DNA of 64,000 nt from assembly GCA_038087875.1 (NCBI GenBank), contig CM075989.1:13580001-13644000 (forward strand), written 5' to 3'. The notes beneath the pieces were generated by a model. That model did not search any database and had not been told where the DNA came from. It saw only the letters and a list, made by a program, of their open reading frames with translations. The DNA is from Malacoraja senta (taxonomy: Eukaryota). Positions 53,101 to 60,871 of the stretch are shown piece by piece. Position 1 is the stretch's first letter, and each line of letters opens with the position of its first letter. The translations under genes and the position numbers were made by a program.

Positions 53101-56100
53101 TTTAACCACGCACCTAGTCCATAGGTTATTGGATTCTCATAGTCTAAGAAGGAAACTTGCCATGCTTGCATTGTTTTTTCTATGTTCTTTGTCTCTAGCT
53201 GCGCTCATTCACCCATTGACCAGTTTACCTTGCTTGCAACTTACACTTTAATTTAGATTAGAGATACAGTGCAGAAACAGGCCCTTCAGCCCAGGTCCAC
53301 ATCGACCAGCGATCCCCACACATTAACACTAACCTGGGGTCAAGGAAAGAGCGTTCACAACGCGGCCCTGATTCCACCAATCTTTCCACCATGAAGCACG
53401 AGAAGCACAAGAAGTGCAAGACGCCATTGCATGCAGATGCCGAGAAGTGTGTTCAGCACTGGCTGAACAATTTCTAATCTTGTGATGTGGACTCGATAAG
53501 AAGAACACTAACCTACACACACGAGCGACAATTTACACTTGTACCAGGCCAATGAACCTACAAACCTGTAAGTCTTTGGAATGTGGGAGGAAACCGAAGA
53601 TCTCTGAGGAAACCCACGCGGTCACGGAGAGAACGTATAAACTCCGTACAAACAGCACCCGTAGTTAGGATCGAACCCGGGTCTACTGGCAATGTAAGGC
53701 AGCAACTCTAATGCTGCGCCATCATGCCAGCCTTCACAGTTAACATATTTAAAACATGGGCCCCTGGTTAGGGGGAAGGGAACAGATGAAAGGACAAGTG
53801 TTGCATCACCTATAGTTGCCAGGGAAGTGCTGTATGAAACAAGGTGGTTGGTGGGAGCAGGTGTGGATCAGGGAGTCGTAAAGGGAACCTTCTTGCCAAT
53901 TGCTGAAAGGGAAGGTGGTGGAATCTCTTTGAAGGTGGCAGTAATTGCAGATATGGTCTTGCTATCTAACTGTTCCCGTTCACTCATTGACCAAATAACC
54001 TTGTTTGCGTCCTGGTTTTACTCTATCAGAGATTCTCCTCCCCCCCACCCTTCCTGTTACTTAAACGGCTCTTTTTCTCTCCTTCCCCATTCTGACCAAA
54101 GGGTCTTGAACCTGAAACATGACTCTGTTTCTCATCCCGCTAATGCGATCTGACTCGCTGAGTATTTCCTGCATTTTATTATTTTTTAGATTTGCAGTGT
54201 CAGTTTTCTTTTGATTTTGATTCCCATTTACAAGATGGCACTGAATGATGGATTGCTCAGTGGTGCTAACATCCGAGGAATGACCTTTGTCTACATTCAG
54301 TTTCACATGAAGCATAGTGGGTAAATTGAGGAACCCCTTCCCATGCTGTAATGGTTATAGCTACTTTCCCAACCCCGGTATGAAGTACAGAGCTTAGGTT
54401 AAACATGGGAGGAGATTTTGCAATGAACATTGTGGGCCCATATTGCTGCACTCTTCAGGCACTAATCAATAGTTTGTTCTGGTAATGGAAACACTGTTCA
54501 CTGAGCCAGTTCATCCACAGAGAACAACTATGTCTAAATGCCTGGAGCAGGCCGACTCTTTGTCACCAGCAGCTCAAATGCATTCAAATAATGTGGCTGC
54601 ATGCTAGCTGGTGAAGAAAACTGCATTCAGTTTCTTTGCAGTAGAAGGTCCCATGCAACGAGAGACAGTAGTCCAGTGAACTGAATCTGCTCTTTCCCAA
54701 ACGATGTAAGTGTTTCTCTCCTCAGAGTCTTGTCTTGGTACTTGCCGTCCTGGTCAGTTCTTGCACCAACTGTACGTCTAGTGTCAAACACCATCCCATG
54801 AATTGCCAGCTAACCTGCAAGTTGGGCATATGACCGGCCAAACATCTTGGCATGTGGTGTATGCGGGTGGATGTGTGGTGTTCCTGACCTGAATTTAGTG
54901 GTTGTAGAAACTCTTCAAAATTAATTCCCCCTTCCATGCAGTGCATTTTTGTTTCCCAGCTGTGATTTTGTTATTAGATAGTAATTCTAGTCATTTCAAG
55001 CATGGTTGAAATTGGAACTGAGCTGCTAATTTTCGGAACCTGTTGGGTGTGCTGGTGGCATCTTTCTTTCCTCAAAGACCTGCCTTTGCGTTGGGTGGAG
55101 GAACTGGCAGTCTTGCAGTGGGGGGGGGGGGGGGCACCAAGGACCCCACCTGGGACAAGGCATGTGGTACAGTGATGAGGAAGGCTCCTCCAGAACCTGC
55201 TCTGACAGGAGGGTGAAGGATTTTTTATCAACATAAGCACTTGGGACCTCTGTTCACCTTCAGTCCAGCAGTGGGAGGTGTGCAGCATGTGGCTCTCACA
55301 CGAGCCCTTGTGTTTTGCTTGGCGTTTACAGTAAACCTTTGTTTTCCTTTGCAGATTAGCCCCAGCAATATTACTACATCCAGATCTGCCGTCAACTCTC
55401 TTGAGAACCGAACTCTGATCATGCGTATGATAATTAAATGTGCTGATGTCTCCAATCCCTGCAGACCACTGCAGATATATATTGAGTGGGCACAACGTAT
55501 TTCAAAGGAGTACGCTGATCAGGTGTGGGAGTGAAATTTTAATTTAATGCTTTCCCTATTTTTTGTAGTGAACTGAGAGTAGTAGGAGCAGTTTTGGCAA
55601 GTACAAATTTTTAATCATAAAATAATGTCTGGTTCCTTTTAAAACTTCTCTTCCTGAACACTCCTTCCCCTCCACAAATGGCACACCTGCATCCCACGAT
55701 TCTGCCTCCAACTTCCTATCAGAGTCCTGTAATCTGATCCTGTTTGACATCCCCTACTGTTGACCAAGTATTTTACCACTGCAAAGCAATCACATGTATT
55801 GGAGGAGAATCAGGTGCTAACCTTCAAATCCACTCCACTGCTCAGCAAGATCCTAGCGTAACCTCAATCCTGTGTTCCCTGCTCCAGTGATCTTGCATCC
55901 TGTTGTTTATGAAGAATCTATCATCTTCTACTATAATATTCAGAGACTTTGCTTTCATCATCCTTTGAGGAGAGATCCAAAGACTTCCACTTTATCTCCA
56001 TCTCAATGCTTTAAGCAGTGACGACGAGTTTTGATTCTCTCACAAGAAGAAATGTGCTTTGAACACTGCCTGTTGGTGCCCATCAGAACTTGCATGTTTC

Positions 56101-58212
56101 AACCAAGTTGCCTGTCACTCTTCTAAGCTCCATTGGATACAAGATTAGCCTTCCAATCCACTTATTCCAATCATCACTCAAGTAAACCTTCTCCAAACTA
56201 TGTCCAATGCAAGAAAATCCAGATTACAGATTTAGACTCGCCAGTGTCCTTTATAATGAGGCATAACCTTTCTACTTTGTATTTAATTGCCCTTACAATG
56301 ATCCATAACAATTGTTAGATTTCCTAATTCGTGATGTACTTCTTGATTTTTACAAGTGTTGTTCTAAGACCCCTAGATCCCTCTGCAACCCAGAATTCTG
56401 CAGACTCTGGCCCATTTAGAATACATTATTTTATTTTTCCTGCCAAAATGAACAATATCTTAAGGCACCTTGAAGTAAGTGATTTTAAAAGATTGCAGGT
56501 CAAAAGCTTTTCGTTGTTTCATTTGCTTTTTTTCTGGTCCTTTAAAAAGTGAAAATTAAGAAGGCCTATGACCAGGACAGCAAGGAGATGATTCAAAACC
56601 GATCTGACAAATTGCACAATGCATGATGCTCTGTAGAAATATGGGAATTTTGTGGACTCAACTGTTTTTATTTTCCATTCCTGTGTCTGTGGGGAACAAG
56701 TTCAGAGAAAGCCCCTCAGATCTATTTTGTTTGAAAACAAGATTCCTGTTAGGGAAGCAGCTGCCTCATCGAATGACCAGACAGATTTATTCCAACTAAT
56801 TACTGGAAATAGAAGTAAAAATCCTGTGACTAGCAAAGGATGTCTTTACAAACCAGATTGTCTGATCTCACTTGCAGGTGTTGCCTTGGCTTGCCTTGAG
56901 AGGATATATAGACTTTATACCCCAGTCCAGTGCAATCCTTTATCACATGCCACCTGAGGTGTGCTAGATAGTATATTCACATGGCCATGTTTCATTTTTG
57001 TTCCTCCAACTTCCCTGCTCCAAGTACCAAACTCCTATATAGAAAACCTGTGGTCCAGGGCACATTCCAACCAATTGGTGAACTCATTAATGCTGTGCAT
57101 ACTGCGTAGTATTCTTTCACACACTAGATATTATAGATTAGTTAATCCTTTGTTCAATGGTCTGGTCTCTCTTTCACAGACTGACGACGAGAAAGAAAAA
57201 GGCCTCCCTGTGGTAATGCCTCTGTTTGACAGAAAGAACTGCAACATCCCCAAGAGTCAGGTCTCTTTCATTGATTATTTTATAACAGATATGCTCAGTA
57301 CCTGGGATGGTAAGTATCTGCACATTTCCAGAACAGACTTTACTGTATTTCATCTAATTATGTAATCATTTGCAAGCTGTATTTGACCATTATTCAATTT
57401 GAAGCCTTTGCAAGTGTTCTTATTTCATCCCTTTGTTTCCTTTGACTTCCATCCTCTTTCAAAACACTCTTAGTTGCAGGCATTCCATTATGAGATGACC
57501 ACCTAGACAAGATGGGATAAAAACCTTGTCTTCGTGACAACTTCTCACCAACTGATGCATTTAGCCATTGAGAGTATGGTGGAGTCAAACAATGGCGTGA
57601 GAGTATACTGTGCCTTGCACTGTCCAAAGATTGGTGTTCAGTGAATCTATTTCCAGCCTGTAGGTGCATGTGTGCAGTCAAGCAGTAACTGGACTTGTGT
57701 CACAGGCTCTTCTAGCCACTACCCGCTGTTAAAGCACATGACACATCACATAGCTATCAACATGAGATGAACAACAGGCCAAGCCAGCTAATGCTGGCCT
57801 CACCACCACTCCATGTCCACAACTCATCCAATCACCAATTTCATTTCACTCTTTTCCCTCGTGCTTTGATGCTCGTTGGATGTGTTTCTGCCAGATTGGT
57901 AGGACCTTCACCCCATCCCACACTCCACTGTTTGGCTGAGGCTGTGCCTCTGTATTCAATCTTCCATTTATTAGTGATCACCGAGAACTTTTGGTGCCTA
58001 CTTTGGGATGTCTCCATGTGACAGTGTACTCTCTGCAGCCTCTTCATCTTAGGTTAACGCTGAGCTGTTTATTGTACATACCTAGCTTTGTCCTGGCCAT
58101 CACTGCCTGACCTTGTCTCTCTCTGCCTGCAGAGTTTGCTGACCTGCCTAACCTGATAAAACACCTAGAGAAGAACTTTGAATACTGGAAGAAACTGAGT
58201 GAAAATAACTGA
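5132..58212 (+). CDS. PDE8: PDE8-family cAMP phosphodiesterase (PDE8A-like), 5'-partial, 18 coding exons: 5132-5186, 6635-6723, 8265-8343, 9984-10124, 12177-12265, 12921-12966, 13062-13104, 14446-14520, 27556-27626, 27917-28081, 33114-33156, 38268-38397, 46914-47112, 47842-48059, 52070-52208, 55355-55522, 57180-57309, 58133-58212
   Basis: All exons are AG/GT-flanked with compatible phases; the joined length is 1960 nt (1 nt + 652 codons + TGA) with no internal stop. The translation carries PDE8 hallmarks: [24 protein letters not shown] ([12 protein letters not shown]...[12 protein letters not shown]), [65 protein letters not shown]. Orthology to PDE8A versus PDE8B is unresolved. Confidence 0.93.
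6635..6723 (+). CDS. PDE8: PDE8 exon ([30 protein letters not shown])
   Basis: Polypyrimidine+CAG acceptor, GTAC donor; strong PDE8 motif. Confidence 0.92.
8265..8343 (+). CDS. PDE8: PDE8 exon, PAS start ([26 protein letters not shown])
   Basis: ctctctcag acceptor, GTCAGT donor. Confidence 0.92.
9984..10124 (+). CDS. PDE8: PDE8 exon, PAS ([22 protein letters not shown]...EEGK)
   Basis: ctgcag acceptor, GTAAGT donor; PAS core motif. Confidence 0.93.
12177..12265 (+). CDS. PDE8: PDE8 exon, PAS/PAC ([30 protein letters not shown])
   Basis: ttacag acceptor, GTGAGT donor. Confidence 0.93.
12921..12966 (+). CDS. PDE8: PDE8 exon ([15 protein letters not shown])
   Basis: ttattag acceptor, GTAGGT donor; KIRHYVS motif. 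Confidence 0.9.
13062..13104 (+). CDS. PDE8: PDE8 small linker exon ([14 protein letters not shown])
   Basis: 43-nt phase 0-to-1 exon needed to join the flanking exons in frame; CAG/GTACTA donor; atypical GAG acceptor; little sequence similarity. Confidence 0.65.
14446..14520 (+). CDS. PDE8: PDE8 exon ([25 protein letters not shown])
   Basis: tttatag acceptor, GTATGT donor; S-x-DV...SRGSD motif. Confidence 0.88.
15212..18148 (-). CDS. CR1 ORF2p: APE endonuclease plus reverse transcriptase
   Basis: NARSI, ITETW, YRPP, GDFN, SDH endonuclease motifs; [29 protein letters not shown] motifs; first ATG at 18148, frame open from 18304. Confidence 0.96.
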   Translation of the reverse strand: MRVEAIGSKVKSKSGRQTKPGQKSKRATFQHNCIRGKSVVKTSLKALCLNARSIRNKVDELNVQIAINDYDIVGITETWLQGDQGWELNIQGYSIFRRDREKGKGGGVALMIREEINAMERKDIRFEDVESVWVELRNTKGQKTLVGVVYRPPNSSSEVGDGIKQEIRNACDKGKTVIMGDFNLHIDWVNQIGRGAEEEDFLECMRDSYLNQHVEEPTREQAILDWVLSNEEGLVSSLVVCAPLGKSDHNMVEFFIRMESDIVNSETMVLNLKKGNFEGMRHELAMIDWQLILKGLTVDMQWKTFKDCMDELQKLFIPVWQKNKSGKVVHPWITREIRDGIKAKDDAYKLARKSSIPEDWEKFRDQQRRTKGLIRKGKIDYERKLAGNIKTDCKSFYKYVNRKRLVKTNVGPLQSETGELIMGNKDMADQLNNYFGSVFTKEDINNLPEIAGDRGSKELEELSEIQVSREVVLGKLNGLKADKSPGPDRLHPRVLKEVAPEIVDALVIIFQNSLDSGVVPEDWRVANVTPLFKKGGREKTGNYRPVSLTSVVGKLLESVIKDGIAAHLESGEIIGQSQHGFTKGKSCLTNLIEFFEDVTSSVDRGEPVDVVYLDFQKAFDKVPHKRLVYKLKAHGIGGSVLMWIENWLANRKQRVGVNGSFSQWQAVTSGVPQGSVLGPQLFTIYINDLDEGIEGNISKFADDTKLGGSVSCEEDARRLQGDLDRLGEWANVWQMQYNVDKCEVIHFGGKNRKADYFLNGGRLVKREMQRDLGVMVHQSLKVGMQVQQAVKKANGMLAFIAKGFEYRSREVLLQLYRVLVRPHLEYCVQFWSPNLRKDIIAIEGVQRRFTRLIPGMSGLSYEERLDRLGLYSLEFRRLRGDLIETYKILKGLDRLDAGRLLPMLGKSRTRGHSLRIRGKSFKTEMRRTFFTQRVVNLWNSLPQRVVEASSLAIFKRELDVALVAKGIRGYGEKAGTGY
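18244..19170 (-). CDS. CR1 ORF1p: zinc-finger/coiled-coil plus SGNH esterase
   Basis: CxxC...CxxC N-terminus, heptad region, GDSIVRG, VHVGTND, DGLHL; 308 aa. Confidence 0.93.
   Translation of the reverse strand: MSGKLIQCDACSMWEVKDTAGASGCHKCEKCIQVELLKGRVGELEKRVDDLRFVRETESFLDKSYSTIVTPKVLEERRWETVRKGGKHGMPTSPGVVPLVNRFTHLEAVGTEDVFTLSGGLACDANRAVEPKPKRPKAGNAIVVGDSIVRGTDRGFCGNRRDARMVCCLPGARIQDVTDRVQKILEGEGEHPEVVVHVGTNDVGKKGMNILQRDFRELGEMLKSRTSRVVISGLLPVPRAGESRNREIRDLNVWLRNWCTGQGFRFLDHWDLFWGKGELYKRDGLHLNRCGTSILAGRFSTATRVVLN
20950..21660 (-). repeat. ERV 3' LTR
   Basis: Direct repeat of 25500-26210 with 2 mismatches by eye; preceded on - strand by PPT AAAAGGATGGAA (21661-21672); TATATAA near 21150 and AGTAAA near 21040 on - strand. 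Confidence 0.95.
23274..23888 (-). pseudogene. ERV integrase (HHCC plus DDE core), truncated
   Basis: HSLTH…CKIC zinc finger, [40 protein letters not shown]; decayed C-terminal remnant ([14 protein letters not shown]) separately at about 21935-22165. Confidence 0.88.
23842..24825 (-). pseudogene. ERV gag N-terminus (MG start, PPPY late domain) fused in frame to RNase H C-terminus
   Basis: [11 protein letters not shown]…CPPPY… then [20 protein letters not shown]…[17 protein letters not shown], protease and RT motifs absent. Confidence 0.8.
25482..25498 (-). promoter_or_regulatory. Primer-binding site, tRNA-Ser-like
   Basis: TGGCGTAGTTATGCAGG next to the 5' LTR; imperfect complement of the vertebrate tRNA-Ser 3' end (…CCTGCCGACTACGCCA). 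Confidence 0.7.
25500..26210 (-). repeat. ERV 5' LTR
   Basis: Followed on - strand by the PBS; U3 has three imperfect AAACAT(T/A)GGCCATTTG repeats (as read on +). Confidence 0.95.
27556..27626 (+). CDS. PDE8: PDE8 exon ([24 protein letters not shown])
   Basis: cacag acceptor, GTAGAA donor; ARIHSMxIEAPITK motif. Confidence 0.93.
27917..28081 (+). CDS. PDE8: PDE8 exon ([12 protein letters not shown]...ELYSP...[13 protein letters not shown])
   Basis: tttaag acceptor, GTAAGT donor; overlaps ORF 27869..28090. Confidence 0.94.
28810..29710 (+). mobile_element. Non-autonomous Helitron (901 bp)
   Basis: 5' TC, 3' CTAG, subterminal hairpin TGGGACCCAACGGGTACCA; inserted at A^T with no TSD into a CR1 3' relic (tttggcaca^tatccctctaaacc). 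Confidence 0.85.
29545..29642. repeat. (TG)n / TGTGTGAATGAGTC minisatellite inside the Helitron
   Basis: Direct reading of tandem units. Confidence 0.9.
33114..33156 (+). CDS. PDE8: PDE8 exon ([14 protein letters not shown])
   Basis: cctgtag acceptor, GTAAGT donor; phase 0-to-1 fits neighbours; positional equivalent of DGLRRLSGNEYV. Confidence 0.75.
33271..35063. mobile_element. Non-autonomous hAT-superfamily element
   Basis: Perfect 14-bp TIR CAGGCATGTGCCGT/ACGGCATGTGCCTG; 8-bp TSD GTTGTGAT (33263-70, 35064-71); subterminal GTAGGCA motifs. Confidence 0.88.
33711..34917. mobile_element. Tc/mariner (Tc2/pogo-like) MITE nested in the hAT element
   Basis: About 25-bp TIRs CCATATTTCCCGGCAATGAAGACGC / GCGTTTTCATTGCTGGGAAATACGG, flanked by TA; large internal inverted repeat. 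Confidence 0.8.
36203..37052 (-). mobile_element. GC-rich non-autonomous non-LTR element with Rex/Babar-like 3' end, (ATTGTA)n tail
   Basis: TGACAATAAA plus tandem tail on - strand, CpG-rich core, no credible ORF. Confidence 0.6.
37251..38096 (-). mobile_element. GC-rich non-autonomous non-LTR element, (TGTCCTT)n tail
   Basis: 5' GGGGGCGCCGT…ATGGCTGCCC head, T-rich tract, CpG core, GTGACAATAAA tail; inserted into a Penelope-type repeat. Confidence 0.6.
38268..38397 (+). CDS. PDE8: PDE8 exon, catalytic domain start (…[23 protein letters not shown])
   Basis: cttccag acceptor, GTAAAA donor; WDFDIFELE motif. Confidence 0.93.
38877..40267 (-). mobile_element. Second Tc1 copy of the same family, one TIR missing, frameshifted transposase
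   Basis: Colinear with 20820-20949 plus 26215-27450; QQDNDPKH motif; right TIR ends GGAGGGCACTG at 40267. Confidence 0.92.
40280..41490 (+). mobile_element. Old degenerate CR1 ORF2 fragment
   Basis: Decayed RT motifs (KFTDDT, SQHG, FDK). Confidence 0.75.
43270..44148 (+). mobile_element. GC-rich non-autonomous non-LTR element, (GTATCTT)n tail
   Basis: Same architecture as 37251-38096. Confidence 0.6.
44275..45282 (-). mobile_element. 5'-truncated CR1 (RT C-terminus and 3'UTR), close relative of the full-length copy
   Basis: ORFs 44651..45274 and 44364..44603 match the ORF2 C-terminus; TTTCTATG tail. Confidence 0.93.
45338..45650 (+). mobile_element. tRNA-derived V-SINE (HE1-like)
   Basis: A box TGGCACAGCGG, B box GGTTCAATCCC, V-domain core GGTTTCCTCCCACACTCCAAAGA, (CTAAA)n tail, TSD ACCAAG. 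Confidence 0.85.
46914..47112 (+). CDS. PDE8: PDE8 catalytic exon (PLVFLGLK...[24 protein letters not shown])
   Basis: gacctag acceptor, GTGAGT donor; YHN...H motif. Confidence 0.95.
47842..48059 (+). CDS. PDE8: PDE8 catalytic exon ([10 protein letters not shown]...LESHH...NIFKNMER)
   Basis: gtgcag acceptor, GTGAGT donor; PDEase signature. Confidence 0.96.
48200..49772 (+). mobile_element. Degenerate CR1 ORF2/3' fragment
   Basis: [29 protein letters not shown]; (ATGACTCT)-like tail. Confidence 0.85.
50200..51085 (+). mobile_element. Degenerate CR1 3' fragment
   Basis: Decayed RT C-terminus and CR1 3'UTR. Confidence 0.75.
51086..51312. mobile_element. Penelope-type short inverted (palindromic) repeat; related copies near 2741-2900, 9592-9725, 10205-10290, 14800-14900, 22278-22407, 28170-28290, 35967-36095, 54090-54200
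   Basis: Arms …CCCTTCTTCAGA / TCTGAAGAAGGG…CTCCAGAGATGCTGCC…GCTGAGTTACTCCA in inverted orientation; Penelope assignment inferred from the CTGAAGA…GAAAC motif. Confidence 0.65.
52070..52208 (+). CDS. PDE8: PDE8 catalytic exon ([29 protein letters not shown]...)
   Basis: ttggcag acceptor, GTAAGC donor. Confidence 0.95.
53336..53387 (+). ncRNA. Minimal HDV-like self-cleaving ribozyme (nested double pseudoknot, P4 reduced)
   Basis: P1 GGGGUC/GGCCCU, P2 GGAAAGA/UCUUUCC, P3 GCG/CGC, L3 UUCACAA, P1.1 C53356-G53370, J4/2 CAA with putative catalytic C53378. Confidence 0.8.
53336..53503 (+). mobile_element. Short non-autonomous retroelement (Ingi/Vingi-like) with 5' ribozyme
   Basis: Direct repeat AACACTAACCT at 53325-53335 and 53504-53514; ends GACTCGATAAGAAG; family assignment is inference. 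Confidence 0.75.
55355..55522 (+). CDS. PDE8: PDE8 catalytic exon (…[30 protein letters not shown])
   Basis: tttgcag acceptor, GTGTGG donor. Confidence 0.95.
57180..57309 (+). CDS. PDE8: PDE8 catalytic exon ([34 protein letters not shown]...)
   Basis: ttcacag acceptor, GTAAGT donor; invariant Gln in SQVSF. Confidence 0.95.
58133..58212 (+). CDS. PDE8: PDE8 last coding exon ([26 protein letters not shown])
   Basis: cctgcag acceptor; TGA at 58210-58212; resembles the PDE8 C-terminal helix. Confidence 0.92.
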
Positions 58213-60871
58213 CTATTTTCCATCCTCCTGTCAGCAGTGACTAGGCCATGAGTTGTCATTCTGCTCTGACTTGTCCAGAATGGTCCTCCTAGAGAGACTT
58301 GGATAGCAGGGATGCACACTCCTACTCAGCTGTGATTCTTACTGTGGATTAGCACTCATGCCAGTGTCAAGTTGTCAAGCAAGAATGAAGAAATCAAACC
58401 AACTGCTGCAGAAATATGCTGCACAATTTTCAAAGTTCAGTCTGTCTCACCTCCTTCCTGTGCTGGCTACCTCTGGTCTTGTCACAACCCATTGGGTCAA
58501 AGGTTGTCTGATCACCTGCACTAAACAAGACTGTGCCACTGAGGAATGCAAAATGTCGTCAGAGACCTAGATGTGTAGGGAACCGTATCCTGCTTGTTTT
58601 TCGGATCGTAGGAAGAAGCACTCCCTCATTTCTGAGCACTACTGATAAGTTTATAGTTTGTAAAAAGTATATATATATGAACCTCGGGATAAATGTTTTA
58701 AAGGAAACTTTTCCAATGTGATCATTAACTATTATGATTTAGATAATCTTTATTTATTTTGTTAGATGTATAATATTTTCTATGGATTTATATAACTAAA
58801 AGAGCCAAAGCATTCTATCAAATAACATAAATTGACATGATTTTGATGCGTTAACGTACAGACCTCGTATTTTCCCCAATGGATCTGCAGAATATCAAAG
58901 CAGCAGCCTTTTCATGGCACGGTGTAGGAAGATCTGTGCTTAGCTGTTTGTTTCTGGGAGTTAGTATCTGTATTGTGCTTGAAACTCAACATTTTCCAAG
59001 CATTGATAGAGTTCCTTTGGAAATAGTTGAGGCAGCGACTATCCCAACATTTAAGAAACAGTTAGGCTGGTACATGAACAGGACAGGTTTACAGGGATAT
59101 GGACCAAACACGGGCCAGTGAGACTAGTGTAGCTGGGACATGTTGGCTGGTGTGGGCAAGTTGGGCTGAAGTTAGACTGTATCACTCTATGACCCTTTTC
59201 CTCTTAACTTGTTATAAATCAGCCACAGCACCCATGCCTCAAGTCATGTCTTTCACACTGAGTTATGTGCCACCACCTTTCCCTGGCAGCAATGTCTCCC
59301 AATTCTGCCTTATTCACAATTTATTAATGCATTTTAGTCTAGATGAGAGGAGTAAACAATTTATATTGTGTCCTTTAGGTATTTTTAACTTTTTAGGTAA
59401 TGAAATATTTACCAGCATTTCCTGCCCTTGTCTTTGTTTTTTCCAATGCAATGTCCTCCTTCATAACCGCTCAAAGTGCAATAACCAAAGTTTGTCATCA
59501 AGTCATTATCAGCTTCAAACTGTGAACTTCCTAAAGATACAGCTAGCTGCCGTTGTACCAGACGCTGGCGATGTTTCGGGTCAGGACCCTTTTTCAGGGA
59601 AGTGATTTTATTGCAATGTAGGATCTGATTCCTCTGTTCAGTATTCTCACTGTAGCCAAATATGAGACTCCAGGATGGTGTGTTTCTGCTTTGTTTGCCA
59701 GGATCTAAGATTTCTCGGAGCACCTGCAAAACGTTCTCAAGAGGGAAGGTAAAGGGAAAGTTGTGTGAGGTTACATTGGAATCTAGATCAAATGGGAAAG
59801 TGGGCAAAACAATGACTGTAGGAAGGATGTGATTAAGCTAGAGACAGTGCAGAATAGATTCACAACAACTTTGCTGGGACTGCAAGGTTTGAGATATAAA
59901 GAGAGATTGGATAGTGCTGGGACTATTTTCCTTTGAGTGAAGGAGGCTGAGGGGATGACATGCTAGAGGTTTAGAAATCTTGGCAGGTAAGGTGGAGGGT
60001 CAACTTTTTCCTAGGTTTGGGAGTCTCGGACTGGAGAACTTAAATGGAAGGTGAGAGGGTAAAGATTTAAATGGGCCCACAGGGCAAGCTTATTGCATGG
60101 AGTGTGAGGGTAGGTGGAATGAGCTGCCAGAAAAAGCGGTAGAGATGGGTAGAATTACAACATTTAGAAAACATTTGGATAGGTTCATAGATAGGACATG
60201 CTAAGGCAGACATGAGCCAAGTGCAGGCAAATAGTACTAGCATAGGGTGGTATCTCGGTTGGCAATGGTGAGTTGACTGACTGACTCAAAATTGCAGAGC
60301 TGAGCCCTGGTTCCTCAGTCTGAGGTACTTTGTGCCTTGTCATCTGAAACTCTCACTGTAACGTCAGTTGTTTATTTCCAGAAAATGTTCTACTGCATGA
60401 TCAGAAACATTAAAATACTGATCTAAAAGTCCATATTTATAAAGTCTTGTCGAAAAGGAGACGGGCAGTGCCGAATTTCCAAGCAATAGATCACAATCTG
60501 GTTGTTGGTGGCTCCAGTGTGCACCCAGCTCCCTATCAGTTTCTGGACTTCTCTAGCAAAGGGCAAGACATTTGTTTAATGCCTCCACTTTTTCTTTATT
60601 GAATATAATTTTCCTGTTCTTGACTTTGAGGACTTGTATACTGTGCAGTATTTTTTTGTGTGCAGTTTCTTGCTAATATGCTCATTCTTTTTCTTTAATT
60701 TGTCTTTTACTCTCTATTTTTGCTCTGTTCGGGGCTAGTGGAATCAAGGGATATGGGGAGAAGGCAGGCACGGGTTACTGATTGTGGATGATCAGCCATG
60801 ATCACAATGAATGGTGATGCAGGCTCGTAGGGCCAAATGGCCTCCTCCTGCATCTATTTTCAATGTTTCAT

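Larger units (their letters stand above)
53250..53735 (-). mobile_element. HE1-like V-SINE hosting a 168-nt insertion
   Basis: Reverse-complement match to the SINE at 45338-45650, interrupted at AACACTAACCT. Confidence 0.85.

Noticed and set aside
54640..54706. Exon-like segment (tttgcag…GAT|gtaagt) in a PDE8 intron
   Set aside because: In-frame stops with either acceptor, and the flanking exons already join correctly.
58213..58900. PDE8 polyadenylation site
   Set aside because: AT-rich 3'UTR-like sequence, but no canonical AATAAA/ATTAAA seen, so no site was called.
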